Part shown: piece after piece, positions 1 to 17,859 of the stretch | Position numbering within the stretch: position 1 is the stretch's first letter | Layout: every line of letters starts with the position of its first letter | Assembly: GCF_009914755.1 (NCBI RefSeq) | Contig: NC_060928.1 | DNA: 64,000 nt | Source: the human T2T-CHM13v2.0 reference genome, Homo sapiens | Strand: one strand, 5' to 3' | The notes under the pieces: generated by a model | The model's database searches: none | What the model saw: only the letters and a program-made list of their open reading frames with translations | What the model was told of the DNA's origin: nothing | Position numbers and translations under genes: made by a program

Positions 1-1503
1 GAATATATTAAAGCTCATGCTACCAGGCCAGTGTTGCTCTGATACCAAAACCAGACAGAGACACAACAAAAAAGGAAAACTATAGGCCAATATCAGTGAT
101 GAACAGGGATGCAAAAATTATCAACAAATCCTGGCAAACTCAATTCAACTCCTCATTAAAAAGGTTTTCACTATGATCAAGTGGGATTTCATCCTAGGGA
201 TGCAAGGATGGCTCAAAATAAGTAAATCAATAAATTACTTATTATATTAACAGAACAATTATCACAATAAATTACATCACATTAACAGAAGCAAGAAAAA
301 AACCCATATGACAATTTTAATAGATGCCGAAAAAGCTTCCGATAAAATTCAACATATGACAAACCTTCACCAAACTGGGTGTGAAGGAACATACTTTAAA
401 ATAATAAAAGCGATACATATGATAAACCCATAGTCAACATCATACTGAACAGGGAAAAATTAAAAGCCTTTCCTCTAAGATCTGAAACAGCACAAGAATT
501 CCTGTTTTTAGCATTTTTATAGAATTATGTTTATTTAACATAATAGTGGAAGTCCTGGCCAGAGCAATTAGGCAAGAGAAAGAAAGAAAAGCGATCCAAA
601 TTGGCAAAAAAGAAGTCAAGTTCACCTTGTATGCAGACAACATGGTCTCATATTTAGAAATGCCTGAAGACTATCAAAAAACTGTTAGAATTGATGAAGA
701 AATTTAGTAAAGTTGCAGGACACGAAATTAAGATACATCCCAACTAAAATGACTTGTATCAAAAAGACAGTAAATAACGGATGCTGGCAAGGATGTGGAG
801 AAAGGGAACCTCATACACTGCTGGTGGAAATATAAATTAGTATAGCCACTATGGAAAACAGTATGGAGGTTTCCAAAACAACTAAAAATAGAGCTACCAT
901 GTAATACAGCAAATTCCACTGCTGGGTGTATACTCAATATATTGAAGATACATCTGCACTCCCATGTTTACTGAAGCAATATTTGTAATAATCAAAATAT
1001 GAAATCACCCTAAGTGTTCATTAATAGACAAAAAAAGTGGTACATATGTACACACAAGGGATATTATTCATCAATAAAAAAGAATTAACTCCTGTCATTT
1101 CCAGCAACATGGATGGAACTGGAGGTCTTTATATTAAGTAAAAGAGGTCAAGCACAGAAAGATAAATTTTGCATGTTTCCACTCATATATGGGAGCTAAA
1201 AAATATCATGTCTTTGAGATTGAAGTAGATTGGTGACCACAAGTAAGATCAGTAAGGTGACTATGGTTAATATTAATTGATTGTACATTTCCAAATAGCT
1301 AGAAGAGAATAATTTGAATGTTCCTATTATGAAGAAAAGATGAATATTTAAGATGAATATCCCATTTACCTTGATTGGATTATATGAGTGTATTTTATTG
1401 ATACCTATTAGATGTACATATTTTCAGGGTACATGTGAAATTATATTAAACTGTCACATGTAGTCTGAAAATATGTATGTCTACTAGGTATCAACAAAAA
1501 AAT
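1..1503 (+). mobile_element. Old LINE-1 (L1MA-like) fragment: ORF2 RT region joined via an internal deletion (~735) to the ORF2 end and 3' UTR
   Basis: L1 ORF2-like sequence (gggatgcaaggatgg, gaagtcctggccagagcaattaggcaagagaaagaaa) jumps at ~735 to ggatgctggcaaggatgtggagaaaggg. The 3' UTR has aaatagctagaagagaataatttgaatgttcc, typical of L1MA, and an A-rich end at ~1495-1503. Confidence 0.85.
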
Positions 1504-2007
1504 TCTTAATTAATAATTTAAAATCGTGTATTCTAAACCTTGGGATTCATCTTTTACTACACTGGAATATGAATTGACCCAAGAAGTAAGAGCAAACTAA
1601 ACCACTTTTCCAGTGCAAATCTGAATTAGAAATTAATCTATTTTCTTAATTTGATGGATTGGTCAATTATTCCTCTGCTTTCCGATTTAGCCTAAAGTAT
1701 ATACTATGATTCTCAAACTTTCCCTAAAATGGGAATTAGCAATGTCTGGATTTCAAATTACTCTCCTGAAAGTCTGCATAAAACTTTAAAATGTATTTTA
1801 AACATTCTTTCAACACTGAAGTAATTAACTAAAGATAGCTAGTCAGGAAATTAAATGTCAAAGAAAACCAAATAATCAGAGAAGGTGCTGTCTGTTATAT
1901 CCTCATGATAATTTGCAATGTAAATAAATGCAAAATATGATTCTGTAACCTACAAAAAGCACTGTGATAATATGGGCAACAGCTCTGACTTAGTTTGATC
2001 TTTTCCT

Positions 2008-2230
2008 CATTCATATAGTAAACATTTATTGAGCAACTTCTGTGAGTAAGTCACAGTTTTTGTTGCCATGAGGAATGTCAAGATATATAAAAAGGAGCTA
2101 AATAAGAAGGACAAGACATAGAAATGTACACAAGACAGAAAACCCTTTGGGTGTTCTAAAGAGGAGGAACCTATTTCTGGCTGACTATACAGAAAAATAA
2201 GGAAAGGGTTCATGTCATGAGGCTTATAAG
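2008..2230 (-). mobile_element. L2 3' fragment
   Basis: cattcat..aaacatttattgagcaact is the reverse complement of the L2 3' end; boundaries approximate. Confidence 0.5.
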
Positions 2231-2744
2231 TTAGTAAAGAGTAGTATCTGAGTCTTACCATTCTGGCTCTCCCCTTTGTACATGCATTCTGAAATAAAGT
2301 TATCACTTAAAAGGTCATTGAATGTATGAGTAAATGAGTAGATGAATGCATTTTGTGTATATGTATGTCCACGGAACAGGCTGCCATTCAAAAGAAAAAG
2401 GATGTATCTGCTACCCTCTTAAAAAAGACATTTGCATGTTGTGTAACCAGAAGTGGGTCAGATGTATTCCAAGGGAGAATCTGATTTAGCAGTAAAATAT
2501 GAAATGAAGACCACTTGAAAAACACATGTACAACTTCCATTAGGTAGCTGCTTCCCACACTTCATATATAGGCACTTGAATGTGTAATTTCTGGTGTACA
2601 TAATAGCTATTCAACAAATAAATGTATAAATATATGCAGAAGTGAAGGTTGAATGTTAAACAGTATTTGCTATCAAATCAGCCTGTTCATTTCCATTTTA
2701 GCATATTCTAAAATGATCATACTATTGTTACTTGCCCCTCATTT

Positions 2745-2865
2745 GCTGCCCACTAGGATGTCAGGCTCCATGCAGGCAGGGCCTTTTTTGGCATCTTTAT
2801 CACTGTATTGTTCATGTATTGTACAGTGCCCGATGCATAGTGTAACTCAAATGGTGCAGTATGAG
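2745..2865 (+). mobile_element. L2 3' end fragment
   Basis: ctaggatgtcaggctccatgcaggcagggcc...tcactgtat...gtacagtgcc matches the L2 3' terminal pattern. Confidence 0.5.
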
Positions 2866-4033
2866 TAAAAGCATTAATGTAGAAGCATGGCAGAGTGGAG
2901 AAGACAGTAAAATTCACTATTATAAACAAGAAAATTTGCCTTGAAAAACAGACTCATCACTGATAAGTGATATTTGTTGAGTTTTTATGGTTTATGTGTC
3001 ATTGAGCAGGATACTATATGGGATTTAAATACTAAAAACCAGAAAAAGAATATGAAAAATTATAGATTTTGTTTATAATTCATATTCATAAAATGAAGAC
3101 AATATAATCTTCTCCACTATAAGCCATCAAGACAGAAAAATAGTTTTTCATTAAACATTTTGATTTGACTAGAGAATGTTGCTATGTAAAGAAGACAAAT
3201 TTTTAACAGCTAGAATGAAAAATAGTGAACTAAGTTTAAAAAAAATTTAGTTCTACTTTTTGTACTACACTAAAATAATCTAACCACAAAATTAGTTATT
3301 AAAAATATTTTAAAAGGCAGCATGCATCCCTGTCAAATCAGAATCAGATTCATCGTAGGCTTTCCTTAATCTAAAAATAATTGGAAGGGCACTGTCATTA
3401 ATCATAAAGGTGAAGCTACTTTATTATAGCTCAATTACCAAACTATTTTTATTTTGGAACTCATAAAAGCAGAATAATAATGAAGCAAAACATTAAAAAA
3501 ATCACCTCTGAGAATACAATAAACATTTGGTTATTTCAAATAAAATATTAATGTGTCTTTAACATCTGTTCATATGTTCACATCCTTGCTTTTAGTTGTA
3601 TTGTACCGAGTCTGAGAACACAAGAACATTACTGCAGCTAAGAGCCTGCAATCTTGTAAAATTCAAAAAACACACAAAACTATTTTCAAAGAAAGTTAAC
3701 CAACATAGAAAAGTATAGGCCATTATTTATTAATAAATAACTGTGTTCACTCAATAAGTAATATTCACTGATTATGAATATATTCTGGTTGTAATTTCAG
3801 TGGTACTGGGAAGATTCATTTCCTTCAATATCTGCTCTATGCAAGGGCCAGAGATTCTCAGTGCTCACACATTATTTAGGTTATACTTTTTCCACCACTT
3901 CTGACCACGAATAATTGTTCAAATCATGCTAATAATCCTGTAGTGACACGTAAGAACACGAACCCTTAGGAAGAATTAGATCCTGCTGGATCAAAGCCAC
4001 AGGAAAGCTCCAGATGAGTAGAAAATATGGATA

Positions 4034-7330
<3,297 letters not shown>

Positions 7331-10144
7331 TGTGTATAAAGACAGAGTATCCAGAGAAGGAGGTGGAACTACCAAAGATGGATTTCGCCCACTTTAAAAC
7401 TATGTCTAGAACTGGCTCTAAGAAGAGTTATATTAAATAGTAAATTCAACATGGATTAAAATTTTAAAATAAGATAATTTTTTTTTCATCTTGAATTCAA
7501 ATTTTTTTACAGGCAACATGCATACTTGTTGAGTCTGGGCATATATGTTAAGGCAAATTACTCTTAGGGTAAGGTCTTAGAGGTCCTCTACACAACTGAT
7601 TTCTTTGTTCTCTTCCAGTTTCTTCAATGTCCTCTCTGAAGTAAACCTCCAGGTTACAGAGAAAAAGAAGGTGGTCAGGTAGCTGAGTAGCCTTCAAAGA
7701 GTTATCTCGGAGAGCAAATAGATCTTTCTATTTGGTTCTATAGCTAAACTTCTGCACTCCTCACAGAGCTGGGAACATTGCAGAGGCTACAAATATATTT
7801 TTAAAGAGGGTGAATGAGTTCTTTCTAGATGTAAATGTGATATGTGCAGCAACATGAGAACACACTCCATATTCTGAAAATACAATGCACTTTTCAGTTT
7901 CTAAGGACATTGCTAAGTTGCAAAACAAAACAAACACTTTGCAGTTACATACATGAACAATTCAAAGTGTAGTTTTTTGGTATCTCTGGTAATTGTAAAG
8001 GATACAAGAGTCACTTCTTTATATTCACGTTTTGATTCAGAAAATGTTTATTTGGTTTCTACCACATGGAAGAAAATCTACTAGGAATTTAATAGGAGAA
8101 TGCAAAGATGAGGAGGCATGGCATATAGGTCCTCAAACAACTTGTGTCTGGTATCAGTGTGTTGCCAAGAATCCCCTAAAAATCATAATTTAATAGCATT
8201 GTAGAACATTTAAGAACATTATCAAAATAATAATTTGAGATAGATGTGCTGTTAAAAATTACAAAATGTCATTTAATTCAAATTCAACACATGAATTAAA
8301 TATATAATGTGTAAGGCACCAAATGAAACTCTGCAGTAGAAACAAAAATAAACATACAATTTCCAATGTTAATTAAATTATGATCTAGATAAATCACTGA
8401 TTTATATATACAAATTACTGTCAGCAAGGCAAAATGTTAAATTAATATTGCCAAGTTAAGATGCAACAATTCAAAACAAGAATGCTTAAAAATCTTTTCA
8501 TTCATTATCTACTTTAGCAGAATTCTGAGGCAGATAACATTATTATTATGGATTAGAAATTAGAGTTTTAGAAAGTGAAAACATGTAAGAAGCACATGTT
8601 TCCAGAAAGCAGAGGTTCAGGGGTAGAGGGTGGAGCAGGTGACAGAGATATCAACCACTTGAAATCCCTGAAGTATGACTAGACTGTTTAGAATGTTAAG
8701 ATACCTAGGAAGGCAGATTGGATTCCAGTTACAAGGAATCTTGTTAAGTAAATGAGGTGAATTTGAAGAGCCCAAGAGTGTAAGAACGGTCAAGTTAACT
8801 GGAATGTAAAGAATAAGTAGTGAGTGATAAAGGTTGGAAAAGCAAAGAAAGGTCAGATCATGGCAGGACTTGAAGATATAAACTACCTTAATAGCATCTA
8901 AATTTATGTTTCCACTCCTACTTCTCATTTCCCATGTCCTTCTGCTCAAATTAATTTAACAAACAGCTTCCAGATCAATATTTTATAAGTAAAGCCCAAT
9001 GATATAATCCTACTGCTAAATAAAACCAGTTAACCTACAAAGTACCTAAAATATAGATATCTCAGAATACTAGGCTCTTGAAATTATGGCTGCAACCTTT
9101 CACAAACTCAAGTCACAAATGCCTATTTCCTCTCTGTTCCAAATAAACTCCAAACAATATCACTCCTAGGACTTCATTTGGAATAAATCTTTGATCTGGA
9201 ACCATTTCCATATTTAAAGGCCACTTCGAATGCCATCTCTGTCATGGACTTTCCTCTCTCCTTTAAGCACAAGGTAGTATACAATCAACAAGAACTTGGA
9301 ATGTTCTTCAATTTCAGCATGCAGTGGTTATGAGTGATCTTTCCAGATTTCCTTTTTAACTTGGCATACGCACAACAAACAGTTCTGCTAGAATTTCAGA
9401 GGTTTTTCTTAAAATGGAAAAGTGATTTTAAAATTATGAAGAAAATTTACCACGTTTCTTTTAAAATTACTAAATAGGATGCATGATGTATGTTCTATCA
9501 TAACCAAGAATAATTGTTATCCCTTTGGTGCAGCTAATAGACATATGTGAAGAAAATATTTTGCCTTATGAGACAGAAATTTACCTAGCTATTAAAAAAA
9601 AGTAACAACTTGCAGTGCAAAACATCTGTCTCCTAAGAATTCCAAGATATTCATTCATAAAGGTAGATTTTGAATCTCTTTGGTGGATCCCAATACATCT
9701 CAAACCCAATCAGTGTCAAGGTTTATATGGAAGCCACTAACCTCCTTTTGGCCAAAGTACATCACTGTGGGCTGAAACTTGCTTAGACAACTTTAATTAA
9801 GAGGAGCCAGCTTGTGCCATAGGCTCCAATTTCAACCCTCTTTGCTCCTGTTTTTCTCTTGGGAATCATATGTCCTTGAATCAGTGCTTCATATCTTAGC
9901 TCACATCTTAAGATTTGACTTGTGTCTCCTACTCCTACATTATCTGCCACAGCCCTGTGCAGGAATCCTTGCCACACTTCTTGCTCTCCTGCGACACAGG
10001 GGCCTAGGATCATGACTGCCCTGAGTACCATTCTGTGATGTTCCATCACATGCCAGGAAGCAGTTTGGATTCCCCAACTGAGCAGAATTCCTCTGTAAAT
10101 ATCTCAAATACATTTTCCTGGGATTGACCTCTCCTTTCTTTTAA

Positions 10145-10990
10145 AAAATATTCAGTGAACACTACTTTGTGCCAGGTACTAGTATAGATGAGACAGGGCT
10201 TCTCACTTCCCACAGGAGGAGCCAGATGATAAAAAAATTAAACCACTTTGCAACCAAGAAAATTCAGGTAGTGATAACTGCTATGGGAAAAAGCAAAATA
10301 AGCTAATCAAGAGAGTGACAGAAGGCAGTTACATTAAATTAGGTGGGAAGGGAGACTTCTTTGAGGGTGTAGCTTTTGAGCTGACACCTGAGTAATGAGA
10401 TGGAGCCAGTCAAGTGCAGATATGGGAAAAATCATTCAAACAGAAGGAATGATAGACATAAGGATCCTGAGCTGGGAATCAGATCAGTATGTTCATGAAC
10501 AGAGGGAAAGACAGGCTGGAGAACAGAATTAGGGAAGATGGCAGGAAACAAGGCCAGGGAGGTAGGCAGGCATGAGAGTATGTCATGCCTTGTAGGCTGA
10601 GTCTTGCAATTTGGATTTTATTCTCATTGAAATGGCAAAGACATTGAAAAATTTGGGGAGAAATGTGATCTAATTTAAGTTTTCCAAATCTCCCTGGCTG
10701 ACTTATAGAGAATGGAATTTTGGTAGCAAAGAGGAAACAATATGAACACTGCTGCAAAAGCAAGTGATGTTTGTGGTTTGGGCTGTGGCTTCGAACCAGG
10801 AAACTCTGAGAAGTGATCTTTAGGAAACGATTTGCAGGTAGAAGTGACAGGGCCAGATAAGGGATGCATGTGTATATGTGTGTGTTTATTTATGAATCTG
10901 TATGGATCTATGTGTTTGGGCTGCGGAAGATGAATGTACAAGAGGCAGGATGACATGTAGGACTCCTGTTTAAACAACTCAGCCAATGAT
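10145..10990 (-). mobile_element. L2 fragment
   Basis: actactttgtgccaggtact, ttttgagctgacacctgagtaatgagatggagccag and ttggattttattctcattgaaatgg are characteristic antisense L2 motifs. Confidence 0.65.
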
Positions 10991-11805
10991 GGAAAAAAAA
11001 GAAAGAGAAATGAATAGCTCTCTTAAAAGTCTGAGACCACTACATTAATCTCATAGTTCCCTGTCAGGTAGGCAGGTATCTTAGGTTTCCTCAAGAAAAA
11101 TGATCTCATAATTTTGGACTCATCTAGTTACCAAAAGAGATCTATTAACTACAATAAAATTAGTTGAAACAACATGTCCAATAAAATTATATGCAGTGTC
11201 GAGAACATATTGTCGAAGATCTAGAAACGGGCAAAAGAGATAACTGGGTTTCCTTTCAGGAAAATGCCAGGAGGTAGAGTGTTCTAGCAGCTCTCAGGGG
11301 ATTATCAACTCTATAGGGTTGTGAGTCTTATGATTGACTAGACTGTTTTACAGCTTAATAGGTGTAGAAGTTAAGTGGTAGAAGATTGAGAGTAATACAA
11401 ATGATTTTTGCCATAGCAATGTAAATGAATTTTATTCAGTAGAGGTACAACTGATTTCTACCCTCTAGAAAAGATGAGTCCTAACATTATATTTTGTTGC
11501 CTATGAATATTAACATTTTGTAACTATTAACAAATTCATTTTAACATTCCTGATTGTATACATATATATATATCCGTATCTGTATATCTATCTATCTGTC
11601 TTCAAATTCCCATTTGAATTTGTATTGGCATCTTAATTGTTCTGGCCTTAATTAATGACTTAAATAAATAAAATATTTGGCGTGTTTATATCTGAATAGG
11701 AATAATTTATTTAGCTTTTGAAGTTACATTTTAACAAGAGTAAAAATAGTGCAGACATTTTTGAAGTCCAAATAGAAACTTATATGCTCTTTGTTGGTGT
11801 CTCTT

Positions 11806-12109
11806 TTTAAAAATATACATACATATTTTAAGAGACAGGGTCTTACTCTTGTCACCCAGGCTGGAGTGCAATGGTGAAATCACAGCTCACTGACCTCCTC
11901 GGTTCAAGCAATCCTCCCACCTCAGCCTTTCTAGAAGCTGGGACTATAGGTGTGTGCCATCACACCCAGCTAATTGTTTGTATTTTTTTGTAGCAATGGG
12001 GGTCTCACTATGTTGCCTAGACTGGTATCAAACTCCTGGGCTCAAGTGATCCTCCCACATCAGCCTCCTAAAGTGCTGGAATTACAAGTGAGAGCCACCA
12101 TACGTGGCC
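11806..12109 (-). mobile_element. AluJ element
   Basis: Antisense Alu dimer (gagacagggtct...ctcctgggctcaagtgatcctcccac...ggcc). Flanking direct repeat tggtgtctctt at 11795-11805 and 12116-12126. Confidence 0.92.
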
Positions 12110-13244
12110 CTTTTGTGGTGTCTCTTCAAATGCTAATTCCTGACAATGACACAAGAGAGGACAGAAGTAAGTAAACTTTTAATAGTTAGGATCAAAATTG
12201 ATTGGTAGAGTTATGGATAATATTTGAGTACAAATAGAATTGATCCTAAGACATTCATCCTATAGGGGAATTTTTTTTTGAGGGAGCTCATTATTTCATA
12301 AAAGGCATTATAAACAGCTCTGAGAAAACCAGCTTAACTGCTGTCATAAATTCCGTTGCTACATTTACATATTAAAATTCCCAATGCAGTTTACTTTTAT
12401 GTATCTGACATTTATATAATAGATATAACAACCATTGTTTAGAAGTACACTGTATACTTGTATTTTGTCTGTCCTTTGATTTCTTCTCCCTTGCTTCCTG
12501 ATGAAAAGAAAAATAATTCTCCCAAGTAATTCCACACAACTTATTTTCTGATTTGAACCAACAATCTTGGTTGTTGACAGGATTCCTGAGGGCTTAAAAA
12601 TGTCAGTTTGTTCATAGTTTCAAGCAGAGTGATCTAGGAAAGCAATTTCTCATAAAATACTTTTCTTCTTCTCTTTAAACATTTTTTTTTTCCTTAAGAA
12701 TTGCTTTTTCTTCTTGGTATAAAAATAATTTGCTTTGTGGTTATTGGGATGTGAGTCACTTCTGTAAGTCACTTTTAACTATGTTCCCCTGGCTGGGTGA
12801 AACAAAGTAAAAAGAAAGCCAGAGTTTATCCCTTCATCCTTTTCTAGTTGTCTTTTTCTTCACTTTTTCATCTGCCTGCTTTATGCTTTTCTTGAACTGT
12901 CGACACTAGGGGCTGTGCTTGCTCTCCAAAGTTAAAATGAAAAGAAATCCTAAATGTAGCCCCCATGTTTTAATGACTTGCAAATCACCATGCATGAAGA
13001 CAATGATGCAGGCACACATTGAAATTTCACACCAAGAGGACTCCTTTGCACATCAAACGGCATTTTTAGGTGCATAAAAAATTGTGCCTAAAAGAAAAGA
13101 ATGTTAAGATCTTAAAGATAATTTTAAAACACCATGTGTTACAGTGGACTAGGAGCCCTGACTTTGCACGTTGTCTCCAATGAGAATTTCAAAGTAAAAA
13201 AGGAAAAAAAAAAAGCAATGGAAGTGGTTTTAAACACACACCAT

Positions 13245-13270
13245 ACACACACACACACACACACACACAC
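13245..13270. repeat. (CA)n microsatellite
   Basis: Run of AC dinucleotides. Confidence 0.95.
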
Positions 13271-13874
13271 GTCAGTAAGTATGATTTATATATTTGATAT
13301 GCCAGACTCTCCAAGTTCTATTTTAATTTACATAAATCTACATTTCTCCTTGACCTCAATAATAGTAATAATGCACTTATAATATTTTGCATAAATTGTG
13401 CAATTTATTTTCACACACGTTATTATAGCTGAGTTCAGTAGCCGTTCCATGAGGAAACAAAGGCAGTATTAAAATTATTTTGGCGACTTGAATTACAGCT
13501 GTTTTGTTTTTCTGTATAGTGATTTCTAATTCCTTATTTTCTCTTCTAAAATTTGTTTACTTTATCAATTATAAAAATGTTAAGGGTATTTTAATAGTTC
13601 AGGTTATGTATATAATTTAGAAGTTCTGATGTTTAAACCTTCATACATTAGAGGAGAGGCATCAGCAAAATGAAGTGGTATCCAATATATCCAACATTTG
13701 ATGATTCACTAAAAAATAATTGTAAGTATTACCTCTCATCAATTCCATAAACTAGGTAAAAACCATTAGATTAAGTTTTTGCCAATAAGATATTTTGTAA
13801 TATAGACATATATAGTCAAATATTTTAAATTGTGATATTTAGGTCTTCCAATAGGGATTTAAAATTGAAAAATA

Positions 13875-14324
13875 GGCCAGATGTGGTGGCTGAGACCTGT
13901 AATCCCAGCACATTGGGAAGCCAAGGGAGGAGGATAACTTGAACCCAGGAGTTGGAGATCAGCCTGGGCAACATGGCAAACCCCATTTCTACTAAAAATA
14001 CAAAAATTAGCTGGGTATCTTGGTATGCACCTGTGGTCCCAGCTGCTTGGGAGGTTGAGGCACGAGAATCGTTTGAATTTGGCAGTTGGAGGTTGCAGTG
14101 AGCCGAGATTCTGCAGTTGTACTCCAGCCTGGGCAAGAGAATGAGATTCTGTTTCAAAAGAAAGAAAGAGGAAAGAAAAAAGAAAGAAAGAGAGAGAGAG
14201 GGAGGGAGGGAGGGAAGGAAGGAGAGAGGGAGAGTGAGGGAGGGAGGAAGGAAGGGAAAGGAAGGAAGGAGAGAGGGAGAGAGAGGGAGGGAGGAAGGAA
14301 GGGAAAGGAAGGAAGGAAGGAGAA
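13875..14324 (+). mobile_element. Alu (AluJ-like) whose tail has become a ~165-bp GA-rich polypurine tract
   Basis: Alu dimer 13875-~14156, then a GA tract. TSD aaaattgaaaaata at 13861-13874 and 14325-14338 brackets both, at a TT/AAAA site. Confidence 0.95.
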
Positions 14325-14569
14325 AAAATTGAAAAATAACTTTTATCTTCATTGGGTAGAGAATAATCTACCTGAGCAACTAAAATTTAAAAAGTATATG
14401 GACTGTATTTTATAAGTTATTTCATAAATTTTACCCTTTTTTGTTCATTAAGCTTGAGAAATTATATACTTTTTTAAGTGTAGTATGGCAAAACATATTA
14501 TCCAATTTGTCTGAATATGGATATTTTCTTTAATTACGGCATTTTCAAAAGTAAGCTTTTAAATGTTTA

Positions 14570-14890
<321 letters not shown>

Positions 14891-15583
14891 TTATTATATT
14901 AGGAAGTAGTGGGCTTGTGAGTTATTTACAGCTTCAACCCACTGTCTTATTTATATTAGCCTGAGTAGGAAATTACCTGTTGAAATTTATATTCTCTCAT
15001 AACTATAGATCAGTAAATCCAAATGGTTTACTGACATCAACAGGAAATTTGAATCAGGAAAAACTTTAAAATTGTTATTCTTTTCTTCAGAAATTTTCTT
15101 AGCATTAACAAAGATTTGAGTATTCTCTGGAACCCTAAAGGTATATTAAGTGTCATATTTTACAGTATCTAGGCAGCTTTATTTATTTTAAAACTAAACC
15201 ACTTATCCTTTATTATGCTACGATAATAGTTGCAAGCGTACTATATTCTAGAATTTTTTTTTCCAGACACATTGTTAATGTTATCATTGGTCTTGAGTCA
15301 TTTATTATGCTTCACTGATTTTAGCTATATGTATATGTCTAAGTGATCATACTTTAGAACCAAGTTTCATAGCACATATTGGAAAACGTAACAATTATAT
15401 TAGTGCAGGAGCTGAAAGGAAACAATCCAGCACTGTGACATGGAGGAGTTGGCTGTAGCCATTCCACATCCTCTTCTAGGCCTCTTGGTATTTGGCTTTG
15501 TTCTTGGAATTTTCTGTATCTCTTCATTGCAACAGATGCTCAAAGAGTTTGTTAAAATCCACCTTTAAGAAATGTGCTACATC

Positions 15584-16041
15584 CTATTCACAATAGCAAG
15601 GACTTGGAACCAACCCAAATGCCCATCAATGATAGACTGGATAAAGAAAATGTGGCACATACGCACCATGGAATACTAAGCAGCTATAAAAAAAGAATGA
15701 GTTCATGTCCTTTGCAGGAACATGGATGAAGCTGGAAACCATCATTCCCAGCAAACTAACACAGGAACAGAAAATCAAACACCACATGTTCTCACTCATA
15801 AGTGGGAGTTGAACAATGAGAACATATGGGCACAGGGAGGGGAACATAACAGGGGGTTGCGGGTGGGGTGAGGGGCTAGGGGAGGGATAGCATTAGGAGA
15901 AATACCTAATGTAGATGGCGGTTGATGGGTGCAGCAAAACACCATGGCATAAATATACCTAATGTAACAAACCTGAACGTTCTGCACATGTATCCCAGAA
16001 CTTAAAGTATAATAATAATAATAAAACAACAACAACAAAAC
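15584..16041 (+). mobile_element. Severely 5'-truncated L1PA (approx. L1PA7/8) 3' end
   Basis: L1 ORF2 terminus and 3' UTR, tail decayed to (TAA)n(AAC)n. TSD gaaat(g/a)tgctacatc at 15569-15583 and 16042-16056. Confidence 0.93.
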
Positions 16042-17859
16042 GAAATATGCTACATCTTCCCTAGCACTTTTTTTCTGGCTAGAATTGAAGATCTGGTGAG
16101 TACCAGAGACTATCTCTTTCCTTTATGCTTGACTTTCATCAAAGGCGGTAAAAAAAGGCTCATGGACACAACTTGAGGTGGTGGACGCTGGACCTTGCCA
16201 TTTCCGAAAGAAGTTCAAGAATCTGTACCCAGTGAACAAGGACTAGCCTTTCATCATTCCATAGGTATTTACTGATGGCTCCCTTAAGGCCCAACTTAAA
16301 CGTAGACAGAGATGATGTTACTAGCTGAGTGTTATTGCGGATTTAGTCCATGCCAGTCTCTGTACTAAGGACTTTACCTCCCTTTCCCTATTTGCTCCTC
16401 ATTGCCCCATGGGATAGATATATTAGTGTCATCTGAATATGAAGAAATGAAGGCAAAAAGAGTGAAAACTGATGATCTCTTCACTGTTAATGCACTTTTG
16501 CGATCTGTACTCCACTCCAAGTATATTTTGTTAGATCCTTATGTCTTGGAACACCCTTGAGAAGTAGAAGAGCATTGCTATGGCACACAGTTTGTCTTCC
16601 CCTTAATTTTAAAAGCTCTTTGGTGGACATAAAAGAGGTGTTGGAGATGTTCTTTCCTCTAGTTTCCCCCCAACTTTTAATCTGGAAATGGAGGCAGACA
16701 CTGTAGAAGCCCAGGCTCTGGGGGTTCATAGAAATAGATGCTATACAGATGTAAGCTATATGGTTCTCGGGAAATAAAATGAAGTTCTAATAAAATGTAC
16801 TGAAAAGTGATTACACGGCCCTAATAATGTGGGACTGTCTGAAAGGAGAAACCTGTTTCTGAAAGAACAGCTTCTCCTTTTCCCTCCCTTTGAAGTGATT
16901 TCAGCTGCCCAGAGCTGCCCTGAAGGAAATCCATCATAGAAAAGAAAGAATAGTCCTATTCTAACCCTCCCCCTTCCTTTTATGCTCCCCTAATACCTGC
17001 CTCTGCTGCAACCTCATCATTGCTTTATGACTGGCTGGTGAAGGGAAAAGCTATTCCTAGCATAGCAGATGTAGGAAGCCCCATCCAGATGAGCCCTGGA
17101 GCTGGCAGTAGGTTTGGTTTGGTAATGAGGAAACAGCTCAAGAGAAGCATGGGAAAGGGACATTGAACTATTCACTGAGAAACATTATCCAACAGTTGTG
17201 AGACAAATCTTGAAAGAGAGAGAAAGAGGGAAAAAGGGTGAATATAAGATGAGGGAAAGGGAAGAAAGAGAGGGAGAGGAAGAGGGGAGAGATAGTAATT
17301 TTGCTTCAAAAGGCCTGCAAATTCTGGAAGTATATAAATTCTGTTTGGTTTTGTAATGTGAATATTAAAATATTACACATCAGCCCCTTAAACTTATGCT
17401 AAAGTGACTGTATTCTCTTTATTTTTATAGCTATTAAGTCTTGCACATTAAGAGCGTATGCTTTCCTGATTATACCGTGACTAGGCATAAGAATGGGAAT
17501 TATTTTCTCTGGAGTTTGTTATGAGGCAGCACCCTATTCTTAAAGAAATTTGCATACAGTTGAAGCACTGGTATACTGACGTGGTGTCCTGTTGTTCTGT
17601 TTATGGCACCAAACACTGCCAACACTGCCCAAGACTAAGAATTGGGAGAAAGGATTGGGAATAAAGGGAAATAAATGGAAGTTTTAAAAATGCTTGAAGA
17701 AACAAATAGAAACCAGAATCATAAAAGATAAAGATTTATGAGAAGGCATTAGAAACCCAGGGCAGTACAGCTATAAAGGCCCATACTTGTTACTTAGTAG
17801 TACAGCTGTCAAAAATGCTTCCAATAGGGGGAAGTTCAATATCTCACCAGACAGCTCAT

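Noticed and set aside
13825-14415. 175-aa and 109-aa ORFs with low-complexity L/P/S or E/R/G/K content
   Set aside because: They are translations of an Alu and its GA-rich tail; no coding features.
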